DNA of 64,000 nucleotides. Source: Felis catus. Its lineage: Eukaryota. Below, one piece after another: positions 38,871 through 50,030 of the stretch. The DNA lies in assembly GCF_018350175.1 (NCBI RefSeq), contig NC_058383.1:28026001-28090000 (forward strand). Direction: 5' to 3'. The notes beneath the pieces are model-generated. The model ran no database searches. It saw only the letters and a program-made list of their open reading frames with translations, and was not told the DNA's origin. Numbering within the stretch: the stretch's first letter is position 1; the number at the start of each line of letters is the position of its first letter. The translations under genes and the position numbers were made by a program.

Positions 38871-39296
38871 GATGTGAAGCCAACCGCAGCCCAGCCCTCA
38901 GCTGCTTGTCTCGCGAGCACAGCTGCTACATGTACAAAATCCCTTCTCCCATCTCCCCCTCGGCCTTTCTGCCTACCTGATGCCTAAAGGGTCTTCCCCC
39001 CGCCCCGGCTAGCCCACCCCCTTCATCCCCACAGCACTCCTATGTCTCAGAGAATGTCACACATAAGTCCGCACAGTGGCGGACTCCTCCTCTGGAAAGG
39101 AACACAGCAGCAGAGTGAAGGGATCACAGCTCTGGCACTGGAAAACCTGAGTTCAAATCCCAGCTCTATACTAACGAGCTGGGTGGCCTTGAGAAAAGGA
39201 TCTGAACCTCAGTTTCCTCTCCTGAAGAATGGGGATAACGTGATCCACACACCCCCTCCCCGGGGATCACTGTGGGAATTAAATGAGATGCTAAGA

Positions 39297-39548
39297 GGGG
39301 CGCCTGGGTGGCGCAGTCGGTTAAGCATCCGACTTCAGCCAGGTCACTATCTTGCGGTCTGATCTCGCGGTCCGTGAGTTCGAGCCCCGCGTCGGGCTCT
39401 GGGCTGATGGCTCAGAGCCTGGAGCCTGTTTCCGATTCTGTGTCTCCCTCTCTCTCTGCCGCTCCCCCGTTCATGCTCTGTCTCTCTCTGTCCCAAAAAT
39501 AAATAAACGTTGAAAAAAAAATAAATTAATTAAAATAAATAAATAAAT
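39297..39548 (+). mobile_element. CAN-SINE, young felid subfamily, inserted in a MIR
   Basis: TSD aaatgagatgctaag. Confidence 0.95.
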
Positions 39549-42386
39549 AAATGAGATGCTAAGTATAAAACATCAGCACAGGGCCTGGGACAGTCAGTGC
39601 CCGATAAGTAGTAGCTGTTAATAATAATTACAACAATGATGACACCCAAACGGTCCCTTCATTCGGCACATTTTTTAATGAACACCTGCTATGTGTTAGG
39701 CACATGGGCATAGAGCAGGACACAAGACACACATGATTCCACCTTCACGAAACTTACAATATGATGCAAGAAACAGACTTATGGTATAATAAAAGGACCA
39801 TATTGGTAAAAAAAATCACAGACAAATAGTCTTAAAGTGTTGAAGAGTGCTGTGAAGGAAGAAGGAGGTTTCTGTGAGATAATCATCTACGTGAGCATCA
39901 GAGAAAGTCTCAAAGGATACTTCAGCTGAGATCTGGGGTGTGAAGGAGGCAGCCAAGCAAAGACCGGAAGGGATAAGGCTTCCCAGTACAGACAGCTGCA
40001 GCACGTGCAAACACAGAAAGGCTGGGAAGCACTGGACAGGTACTGAGGGGGTGAGGTGAGGCCAGCTCGGCTGGAGGAAGCAAAGAAGGGAGATGCGGTT
40101 ACAGAAGTCGGCCAGGATCACAGCATGCAGGGTCTGCTAATCCATTTCTAACTTATTCTGAAGTCAAAGAGAACCAGGCACCCATGCTAAGAATGCAGTA
40201 CGATGGCTGGTGCAGAAGAAGAGCTCAAAAAACATGAGCTCGCTTCCCTACCTTGAAATGGCCCAAGTAAATTAAAGTGGCCTGTCTGCTCTGAATTTTT
40301 GGATTTGACTTCGCCTTGCAACTGTTTCTTTAAAAAAATGTCCAAGGACCAGGGGGGATGAGATGGAGAAGGGGATGTGAGGGAACAAGCTCAAAATCAA
40401 ACAAGCCAGAAACTCCTGGCTGGGAATTTTCTCTCCAGATCTCTGCAGGGATGGCCGCATCGCTTGAACTGCAGGAGACAGAGGTGAAGTCGGTAGAGCT
40501 TAGAAACCTTTCTCCAACCAAGACCCAGACCAGGCAGGTAGTAAAGCTGCCCCCCACTCTACCTCCACCCTCACAGCCTGAGGATGGGGTCTGCCAGACC
40601 CCTCCTGACATCCTGACACCAGACCAAACCCTCAGAGCCACTCAAGGCCAAAGCTATCAGCCTGGGCCACTTCAATGCCAGGAAAGCAAAATGTGTTGCC
40701 GGTAAAAAGCTAGCAAAGAAAAAGCAAAGAAAGAAAGAAAAGAACTTTCAATTGGTTACAAGGGAGCCACAGTCTGAGTCTAAGACATTCATCCAGCATG
40801 AAGTCTGCTGTGACTCAGACCCTTCTTGGAATTTTAAAATTCATTACAGTTTATTTATTCATTCACTACCCACATAGAACTCACAGTAGACTGCCCTAAG
40901 AGTCTACTCTTGAATATGTATGACAAAATTATTAAATATAAATTTAAAATCAGGACTTGGAGGAAAATAATTGAGAATAAGAGGTAAGGACAGGAATAGA
41001 ACAGGATGGAAAGTAGAAAAGATATACAGATCAGAAGGTCAGTTACTAGATCTGAAAATGTGGCTCTGAGTTCCCTTGCGGCCAAGTCAAAAAGGGGAGT
41101 GGAAGCTGTTCTCATGGTCTACAAGGAAAAAGGCCTTTGACTCCCTAGGACCAGCACTGTCCTGCCCTGTGACCCCACATAAGTGATTTAATCTCTACTT
41201 GGACTTACTTTCCTCGTCTTCAAAAAGGAAAGAGAAACTATTCAATCTTTGTGACTCCCTCTTTAGGTAATAAAAAACCAAGCTATAGTAATAACCAAGA
41301 ATGGCTGAACTTCCAGCCTCGGCTCTAAATTAAGATTCCCAAACTAAATGTCTGTAAGGACTAGTCACTAGCAGAAATGAGGGAAGACATCTGGGCCTAA
41401 CACAATAATAATAATAATAACACAATAAGTAGCGGGGAACGGAGGAACCCATGCTCTGTCTAAAGGGGACAGCTGCTTCTGTCTCCAGCTGATTACTGCC
41501 CATGGTCTGATTTTTAAGAAGAGCTCAAAATCAGGATTTTAATGTAAACCCTTCTACCATGTAAGTGTTTGCCTTTAATTCAAATTTACTTAAAATAGTG
41601 TATAGGTCAAACATGGCTCCACCTGAAGGCCAATTCCAGAAAGAAATAGCAAATCCCTCCAGTACCTTACAAACGGGATTCTTCTATCTTCAAGTTAAAT
41701 TGCAATCCCCACCCTATCTTCCCGCAGCTAAGCCTCTCAAGGAAGCATTTTGCAACAAAGATACGATTCTTTCTGAATCCTATTCCACACACATTGTTGG
41801 TCTCCTATTGTGCTTTGGGGCACCGAAGGATACACCAGTGTGATAAACAAGTCTCCACCAAGTCTCCAGACAGGCCCAGCTGTGTGCTCCATCAAGACAC
41901 TGGCTGGCTCCCAGGAAGTTCTCAAGGTTTGGCGATGTCTGCAGAAATCAGCCCTTTTCATCAACAGCCTCAAAACATATTGCTGGATTTATCTCTACCA
42001 GGAACCAGAAAACACCCATTCCTCTCCAAATCTTTTTCCGTCTGTCCAGCCTCCTGGATAAGGTTTTTCTTCATGGAGCACTGTCACTCCATTTATTGCC
42101 AGTTCAACAAGTACATGCGAAATGCCCACTGGATATGGGTGCTGGGCTAAGAGTTGAGGAGTCAAGACAAATAAGATGAAACCACTGGTCCACAGTCCAA
42201 GGCCAAGATATAGATGCAACTGAACTTACCCTGGTGGGTATTTTAACTGACAGAGCTAAATGATAAAATGGAAAGTCACTTAACTTGACCTGGGTTTGAG
42301 TTAGAATTCTTCCAACCACTAGCTAGGTTATGTTGGGCAAGTCGCCTACTGTGTCTATTCCCTCATCTATTTAACAATGTAAGGGA

Positions 42387-42577
42387 GGGGCGCCCGGGTG
42401 GCTCAGTCAGTTGGGCGTCCAACTTCGGCTCAGGTCATGATCTCACAGCTTGTGGGTTTGAGCCCCGCGTCGGACTCTGTGCTGACAACTCAGAACCTGG
42501 AGCCTGCTTCTGATACTGTGTCTGCCTCTCTCTCTACCCATCCCCTGCTCATGCTCTCTCTCTCAAAAATAAAGATT
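42387..42577 (+). mobile_element. CAN-SINE with an L1 attached at its tail
   Basis: SINE body; left TSD aacaatgtaaggga at 42373-42386, right copy at 43302-43315. Confidence 0.9.
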
Positions 42578-42578
42578 A

Positions 42579-43228
42579 TGGGAATGCAAGCTGGTGCAGC
42601 CACTCTGGAAAACAGTATGGAGGTTCCTCAAAAAACTAAAAACAACTACCCTACGACCCAGCAATTGCACTACTAGGCATTTATCCAAGGTATACAGGTG
42701 TGCTGTTTCAAAGGGACACATGCAGCCCCATGTTTATAGCAACACTACCAACCATAGACTAAGTACGGAAAGAGCCCAAATGTCCATCGATGGATGAATG
42801 GATAGAGAAGATGTGGTATAGATATACAATGGAGTATTACTCGGCAATCAAAAAGAATGAAATCTTTCCATGTGCACTACGTGGATGGAACTGGAGGGTA
42901 TTATGCTAAGCAAAATTAGCAAAAGACAAATATCATATGACTAACTCATTTGAGGACTTTAAGATACAAAACAGATGAACATAAGGGAAGGGAAGCAAAA
43001 ATAATATAAAAACAGGAGGACAAAAACATAAGAGCCTCTTAAATATGGAGAACAAACAAAGGGTTACTGGAGGGGTTGTGGGGGGATGGGCTAAATGGGT
43101 AAGGGGCACTAAGGAATCTACTCCTGAAATCATCGTTGCACTACATGCTAACTAATTTGGATGTAAATTTTTAAAAAATAAAAAATAAAGCAAGTTAAAA
43201 TAAAAAGGAAGAAAGAAAGAAAGAAGGA

Positions 43229-43284
<56 letters not shown>

Positions 43285-43298
43285 GAGAAAGAAAGATT
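42579..43298 (+). mobile_element. 5'-truncated felid L1 3' end with (GAAA)n tail
   Basis: Nearly co-linear with 19164-19820 of the other L1 in this window (gctggtgcagccactctggaaaacagtatggagg ... aaggaatctactcctgaaatca). Confidence 0.95.
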
Positions 43299-43779
43299 TA
43301 AAAAAATGTGAGGGATATAACACCACCTCACTTACAGTTTGTTGGAAACAGAACTAGCCCACACTGCAGCAAAGGTGCTGCACCACACAATTCCCAGATG
43401 TGCTAGTCATAGACTATGCTGCAAATAGTTTCCCCTGGAGTTGTGCAGTACCCAACACGGACAGCTGTATAGGGCAGCCCTGGCTGGAAGGTGTAAATAC
43501 CTCATAGGAAACAAACAAGCAGAGTGTCCGGCACATTGTAGGCCCCCAACAAATGAAACTGTTGCTAGTACAGAAACCAAATGGAAAATGGAACCTAGTT
43601 TTCCTAACTTGTCTTTCCCAGCATCTTTTCAACAAGAACCTCACCGCATAAATCGAAACACTGCTGAACAATCAGGGTCCCTCGGACTGAAGCTGAGCCC
43701 TTCTCATCAATCAGGCGCTGCACTTCCCCCTCCAAGGAAAAACACTGGTACCAGTCCTGGGGCCTTGGTTTACGCCGCT

Positions 43780-45060
43780 GCCATTCCTGGCTGTCAGTCG
43801 AGTACAGGCCCCTCCTTCCCCACCTGGCCCAGGGCTGCCTCCGGATTCATGTTGCCGACTGCCGCGTGGCAGTCCACACTCTCCCTTGGTTCAGAGTGAT
43901 TGTCCACGAGGTGTGCTCAGAGTCTTCAGTCCTGGGATTTTCTATTCCTTTTAAGCTTCGAACTATCTCAAATGTTTAAATATAGCTGGCATCTGGCTCT
44001 TGCCTGCTCGTTGTGGAGGTGGTATTCGCCACGTCTCTTCCCACTGCAACGAATATCAGCGAACAGTGAATTCGTTGTTTCACTTATCTTTTAAGAGTCC
44101 GGGGGTAAAACTCGGGTTCGGGTACAGCAGGATTCAAGAGCTCAAACAATACTGTGGGATCAGCTTCTCATCTTTTTCTTCTGTTCTCCTCCCGGGAGAT
44201 GCTACGCGGCGGCTTCCGGCGACCCCAGGCGTTAAACACTGGGTAGATGCCTCCAGCCAGAGTAGAAAAGCAAACGGGAATAGAGGGATACGGAGTGCAA
44301 TCTTCAGGGTCCGCCACACACCTCTTCTCAGCCCCGCAGAGAGCTTACCCTCTGGTCCCAGCTTGCTGTTCGAAGTCACTGAGAGGGCGAAGACAGCCGG
44401 CGGACGACAGCTGGCCGGGCAAGGGCAGGCGGCTCACCCCCGACCCCCCACCCGTCCTGGGTGTGCCCTCGGCCCACTCTACCTGCACTACGGGCCCTTT
44501 CGAGGATGCAGCCTAGACACCGTAATGTTGCTGACACCACGTGGAGCGCAGGCGTGACTCGACCCCCTTGAGGCCGAAGATTCCGGCGGGCAGGGGCCAG
44601 GTGTAGTCGTCTGGTGGCCGCCCAGGCCAACCCTCCTAAATTCCCTTGCTTTTTAAAACTGCCCCCTACCCCTGTGGAGCGAACTTCCTCTTCCTTGGCC
44701 TCTCCTTGCCCTCAGGGGCCAGTTTCGAATTTCCCTGGGCCCACAGAGCTTAAGCCTGAGCTTCAGGTCCACCTTCTCTAACCCCGCCCCGGAAAGCCAC
44801 CTTATCTCCCGCCCACAGCTGACGCAGAAGCCCCGCCTCTTCCTGTTTCCGAGGCCACCTACGGCCCCGGGCTCATTTCCTGTCCAAAAGGGAAGAGTCA
44901 GTCCTCCGGTCATTGGTGGAGCGTATTTGACTGTCAGACCCTGCAGCCAATGAATGATCAAGTTGGTTCCATTCTCATCCCGCCAACTTCTCCTGAAGGA
45001 TTCTGTCGCCTCGCCAGAGTCCCTCGGCGTTTTTTTTGGTTGCAAGCGCTAGAAGCGTGA
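43780..45060. promoter_or_regulatory. CpG island with promoter motifs
   Basis: Marked local CpG and GC enrichment; GC boxes at 44782-44790, 44808-44814 and 44831-44839; ETS-like cttcctgt; CCAAT boxes near 44912, 44947 and 45064; E-box CACGTG at 44538-44543; X-box-like gttgctgacac near 44527. Confidence 0.75.
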
Positions 45061-45500
45061 CTCATTGGTAGGTTACTGAAGAATCTTTAATTGTTACTAT
45101 TACTACTTTAATGGTTACTGTTATTATTAGATATAACATTGTTATTAATTGATATAATAGTATTATTAGTGGTAGATTATTAGATAAAATAAAATACTAT
45201 TCTCATTTCTGTTATTAGAGATAATAATATCATATCGGCTCCAGTATCAGCCCCACCAACTTCTTTTGAAGGGCTCTTTGAAGAGTCTCTAAGTGCTTTT
45301 TGTTGCAAGTGATAGAAGCCCAATTTATTGGTAGAATACTGAAGAATCTTTAATTATTACTATTACTAGTCTAGTTATTACTATTAGATATAGTTATTAT
45401 TAGATATAATAATAGCATTTACTAATATATTATTAGATTATAATTATTATTAGATACAGTAACATACTATTAGGTATGTATAATAATATTATCCTGGTTA
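44978..45500. repeat. Diverged two-copy tandem duplication (period about 263-273 bp) with AT-rich low-complexity halves
   Basis: c[g/a]ccaacttc at 44981 and 45254; identical tactgaagaatctttaatt at 45074 and 45337. Confidence 0.85.
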
Positions 45501-45825
45501 TCAGGTGCTGTGGGGCTGGGGGGAATGGGGAGCTGCTAGGCACAGGGTATAAACTTCCAGGTTTAAGACAAAATGTTCTGGGGATCTAATATAGACCATG
45601 GGGCTTATGGTTAGTAATACTGTATTCTACACTTTAAAGTTGCTAAGAGAGTAGATCTTACGTGTTCTCACCACAAAAAAGAACTGGTAATTATGTGACA
45701 TGATGGAGGTGTTAGCTGATGATATAATCGCTTTCTGCAATATATGTGTATCAGATCTACACATTGTATATGTTAAACTTATATAATGTTATGTGTCAAC
45801 TATATCTTGATAAAGCTGGGGGGAA
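45496..45825 (+). mobile_element. L1MA9-like 3' end
   Basis: aaagttgctaagagagtagatcttacgtgttctcaccacaaaaaa...tatgtgacatgatggaggtgttagct...tatatcttgataaagctggg. Confidence 0.8.
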
Positions 45826-47049
45826 ATAACAGTATATCTAATGAGTAGTAGCAGAAGATATAATACCCTTATTGTTATTGTTACCATAATTATTAGGAGA
45901 AAGGGGAGAGAGAAGGGGAAGAGATTTAGGAAGCATTTAATACCTCCCAGGTGCCATTCCAAGCACTTTGCTTGAATCTCCTTGCTTTCTCACAACCACC
46001 CTATGAGGTTGCTATTGTCCTTTTATCCTATTTTACGGATGACAAACACCACTGCCACACACCTAGTTGGCGAGCCAGAATTTGCACCTGGAAGGTCTGC
46101 CTCCAGAAGCAGCCCCCTGCACCATTAGCCTATAATCCAAGGGAAAGTAACCAGGACAGCAGGGGTCTATATGAGTTTCTGAAACCGAGCACTTGAATTT
46201 CCACATTAGGTACTCTTCAGCTCTGCTTCTGTCAATTTTTTCCTTCTCACAGAGGATGAGTTTCTCTCCTGTTGGCAGGAGATGCGGCTCCCTACAAGCC
46301 CCAGCCTCGTGACTCACAGTGTCTCTCCACTACAGAGAAGGAAGGACTGACACTCTCTCCATTTCCAAGTACAAAATCCCATGACGGGCTCTGATTGGCA
46401 CAGCTTGGATCATGTGCCAGCCTCTGGGCCAATCACCTGTGGCCAGGGAGCCGGAGTACTATAGTTTCAGGGCTTTGGTGTCAGATCAATCAATGGCAGA
46501 TGGAGGCAGGAACCCACTAGGGGGTCCAAATGGCAGGGATGAGAAGGGGGGTAAAAGCCGTTTTCGTGAGAAAGGAGGTGTGCTGGAGACACCAGCATTT
46601 ATTTCATCCTGAGAGCAAGGGAAGCTTGCAAGGAAGCCTCACTGGGAAGAAACCAGTTGGCCGAGAACTGAGGCCCTCCCAGCTGTGACCCTCCTGACAT
46701 CTGGTCCAGATGCTGGCCATCATTCCTTCAGACGTACACACGCAGCTTTAATGAGGAACTAAAAAGTCCTCCCGACTCCCAGGAAGAGGCATTAGCATGC
46801 ATGATCATCCTGCTCTGTCTGCCTGCATGAAATATGAAGGGGGTCTTTGAAGACACATCCGGAGTGTTTAGCAAATGCTCCAGAACAGCTCATCTGAAAA
46901 CCCTGAACAAACACCGGACTCATTGTGTGATCTGTTACATTACGCAGTTTTGGCAGGAGGTGGGGCTAAATTCACGTTCACTTCCACATCATCCTAATTG
47001 TCAGTTACGCTGCCTTCTTCAAGCACCACCCCCTCAATTCCGATACACA

Positions 47050-47252
47050 TTTTTAAAATAAATTTTTTAATGTCTATTTATTTTTGCAAGGAGCAGGGGA
47101 GCAGCAGGGAGAGGGAGACACAGAATCCGATGCAGGCTCCAGGCTCTGAGCTGTCAGCACAGAACCCGACACAGGGCTCAAAACCACAAGCTGTGAGATC
47201 ATGACCTGAGCCAAAGTCGGAGGATTAACCCACTGAGTCACCCAGGTGCCCC
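47050..47252 (-). mobile_element. CAN-SINE
   Basis: SINE body ending cacccaggtgcccc. Confidence 0.9.
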
Positions 47253-47586
47253 TTGATTTACATCTTAAGCCCCCTGGGACTGCGGGGCAAGGAAACAGGC
47301 TCTTATCAGCTCTTCAACCTCTCCGAAACTATTTATTTTCCCATGTTCTAAGTGGGGATACAAACGCCTACCTTGTAAGGCAGTTAAGAGAATTATAGTG
47401 TAGGGAAGGTTCTAGATTAGTCAGACTAATGACTGTGCTGTGTTGTTCAACAAATTCCCAAATATCAGCAGCTTAGTGCCACAAAGTTTTTTTGTTTTAT
47501 CATCCATTCCCATTCATGAGAGGAGCTCTTCTGTGGTAGGATAAGATAAGGCCCAGTTATCAAGAGATGTTAACACCAACAGAGGT

Positions 47587-47788
47587 GGGCACCTGGGTGG
47601 CTCTGTCAGTTAAGTGTCCTACTCTTGATTGCGGCTCAGATCATGATCTCACAGTTAATGGAATTGAACCCCATGTCAGACTCTGCACTGACAGCTTGGA
47701 GCCTGCTTGGGATTCTCTCTCTCCTTCTCTCTCTGCCCCTCCCCACTCTCTTGCTCAAAATAAATAAATAAACTTAAAAAAAAAAAAA
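47587..47788 (+). mobile_element. CAN-SINE
   Basis: TSD aacaccaacagaggtg. Confidence 0.9.
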
Positions 47789-47918
47789 AACACCAACAGA
47801 GGTGACAGATGTGCAGACATATAAAGCATCTTGGTGTTGCTGGGTCCCTAGTCTCTAGTCCATGCAGCAACTCTTTCCAGTCCATATGCTACTTACATCT
47901 AGCTATGTTTCAGTGTGC

Positions 47919-48131
47919 TTTTTTTTTTTTAATGCTTATTTGTTTTTGAGAGAGGGAAAGACCACAAGCAGGGGAGGGGCAGAGAGAGAGGGGGAGACAC
48001 AGAGTCTGAAGCAGGCACCAGGCTCTGAGCTGTCAGCACAATGCCTGACACGGGGCTCCAACTCACGAACCTTGAGTTCATGGCCTGAGCCGAAGTCGGA
48101 CGCTTAACCGACTGAGCCACCCAGGCATCCC
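47919..48131 (-). mobile_element. CAN-SINE
   Basis: TSD tcagtgtgcttt / tcagcgtgtttt. Confidence 0.9.
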
Positions 48132-48389
48132 TCAGCGTGTTTTTGGTAGGGTTGGTCACTTGTGACTTAAGGAGATGCAACCAAAATCAAATCAGATAGG
48201 GGACACTGATGGACCCCTTGCTGAATGCTTACTAGGTAGCAGGCATTGCCAATCCTCTTTCCTGTGCGTATTCCAGGCACTGTTCTAGGCACTTCAAAGG
48301 AGACCAGTTTCTGTCCAGGGTCAGCTTCACCCTTCCCCTGTGCTGAGGTAACCTTCACACCTGCCTGTGAGTCAGGTTTTTTTTCTTTC

Positions 48390-48640
48390 CTTCCTTTTAA
48401 TTTAAATTCAAGTTAACATACAGTGTAGTCTTGGCTTCAGGAGTAGAACCCAGTGATTCATCTCTTACGTATAACACCCAGCGCTCATCCCAACAAGTGC
48501 CCTCCTCAGTGCCCATCACCCATTTACCCCATCCCTCCATTCACCTTCCCTCCAGCAACCCTCAGTTTGTCCTCTGTATTTAAGAGTCTCTTATGGTTTG
48601 CCTCTCTGTTTCTATCTTATGTTTCCTTCCCTTCCCTGAG
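48390..48640 (-). mobile_element. Carnivore L1 3' end
   Basis: tttaaattcaagttaacatacagtgtagtcttggcttcaggagtagaacccagtgattcatctcttacgtataacacccag. Confidence 0.85.
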
Positions 48641-48704
48641 TCCATTGTTAACACCCCACTTCTAAATTAGGAAACTGAAGTCCAGAGAGGTTAAGTCATA
48701 TGCA

Positions 48705-49375
48705 GTGGTGGTTTGGGCTCCCCCAGAAGCAGACATGAGGCAAGGATTCAAGTACAAGTAGTTGATTTGGGAGGTGAAAGAAATACGGCAGAGAAGTGGG
48801 GACATGACCTAGGGAAGAGAGGCACCCTGTTCTCAAGACACTTCCAGTGTGGGCCCTGCAGCTTAATCCCGTCAGGAAACACCGTTTGTCAGTGAGAAAC
48901 GCGTCTCTGAGCCCTCTGAGCCAAGAGGAAAGGGAGCCAGGGATTTACACACCTGTCAGTCATTGGTTGAGGGATGCTCTCAGGAACATGAATTCCCAAA
49001 ACATAACTGCCAGCCTGTCTTCTTTTTTTTTTTTTTAATTTTTTTTTTCCAGCGTTTTTATTTATTTTTGGGACAGAGAGAGACAGAGCATGAACGGGGG
49101 AGGGGCAGAGAGAGAGGGAGACACAGAATTGGAAACAGGCTCCAGGCTCTGAGCCATCAGCCCAGAGCCTGACGCGGGGCTCAAACTCACGGACCGCGAG
49201 ATCGTGACCTGGCTGAAGTCGGACGCTTAACCGACTGCGCCACCCAGGCGCCCCGCCAGCCTGTCTTCTGTAAGGACACAGTAATGCTCTAAAGTTTTGG
49301 AGAAAGCCCTCACATAAGGAGAGGCAGATATACCAGCAGTTGGAAGTTGACCACCTCTCACTGATGTAGCAAGCT
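48705..49375 (-). mobile_element. LTR33-like ERVL LTR interrupted by a SINE
   Basis: tttgggctcccccagaagcagacatgaggcaaggattcaagtacaagtagttgatttgggaggtg. Confidence 0.6.
49024..49254 (-). mobile_element. CAN-SINE, young felid subfamily
   Basis: Perfect TSD gccagcctgtcttct. Confidence 0.95.
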
Positions 49376-49379
49376 AGAG

Positions 49380-49613
49380 CAGTGGCATGGAGGTCAACGT
49401 TCAACTGGTTCTATAGATTGGGGAGGAGGAGGAGGAGTCTAGATTTGTAATGTTTGCTGATTCCTATGGTATAAATACTCCCATGAAGGCCAATTTCAAG
49501 CTACCAACATAATGTCAATTGGCCTGCAATGTTCCTGAAAATGTTCACAAAATTCCTGAAAATTTACCAGTTGACTCTTGGGAGCTAGTCCTAGCCGACT
49601 CCAGTGTACGGCT
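49380..49613 (-). mobile_element. MER63-like hAT-Blackjack element
   Basis: gatttgtaatgtttgctgattcctatggtataaatactcccatgaaggccaatttcaagctaccaac ... aaattcctgaaaatttacc. Confidence 0.7.
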
Positions 49614-49884
49614 AAGCCAGAGGGACATGGGTAGGGCAACAGGGTACTGTTCACTACGCATGCCCGAGCCGCACAACTATTGAGAAGACACCCGCAGTAG
49701 TTCAGCACAGTAGGGTATGACCCCAAGTCCCTGGTCTTTACATTTTACCATGATGGCTATTGTTCATCCCTGTTCCTTCTCAGCCTGAGGCTGGGCATAA
49801 ATTGTGGTGACAAGGAGGCACTGGGGAAGAGAAAGGAGAAGGGGGCGCTAAAAAGAGAGGGGCGGGGCTATATAGCAATACTGA

Positions 49885-50030
49885 GAGGGACCCTCAAAAT
49901 CACCCAGTCTGACCCCACATTGAATGGTGGGCTCTTCCTGGAGCATCCCTGCTCATTGATCTTCCAGCCTCTACATGCACGACTCCTGTGATGGGGAGCT
50001 CACCACTCTTCCGGCCAAGGATCAGCCTTT
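49885..50030. mobile_element. Ancient L3/CR1 fragment
   Basis: ccagcctctac...ctcctgtgatggggagctcaccact resembles CR1/L3 3' region. Confidence 0.45.

Noticed and set aside
44000..44557. 185-aa ORF within the CpG island
   Set aside because: GC-rich DNA lacks stop codons by chance; non-ATG start, partly LTR-like, no recognisable domain.
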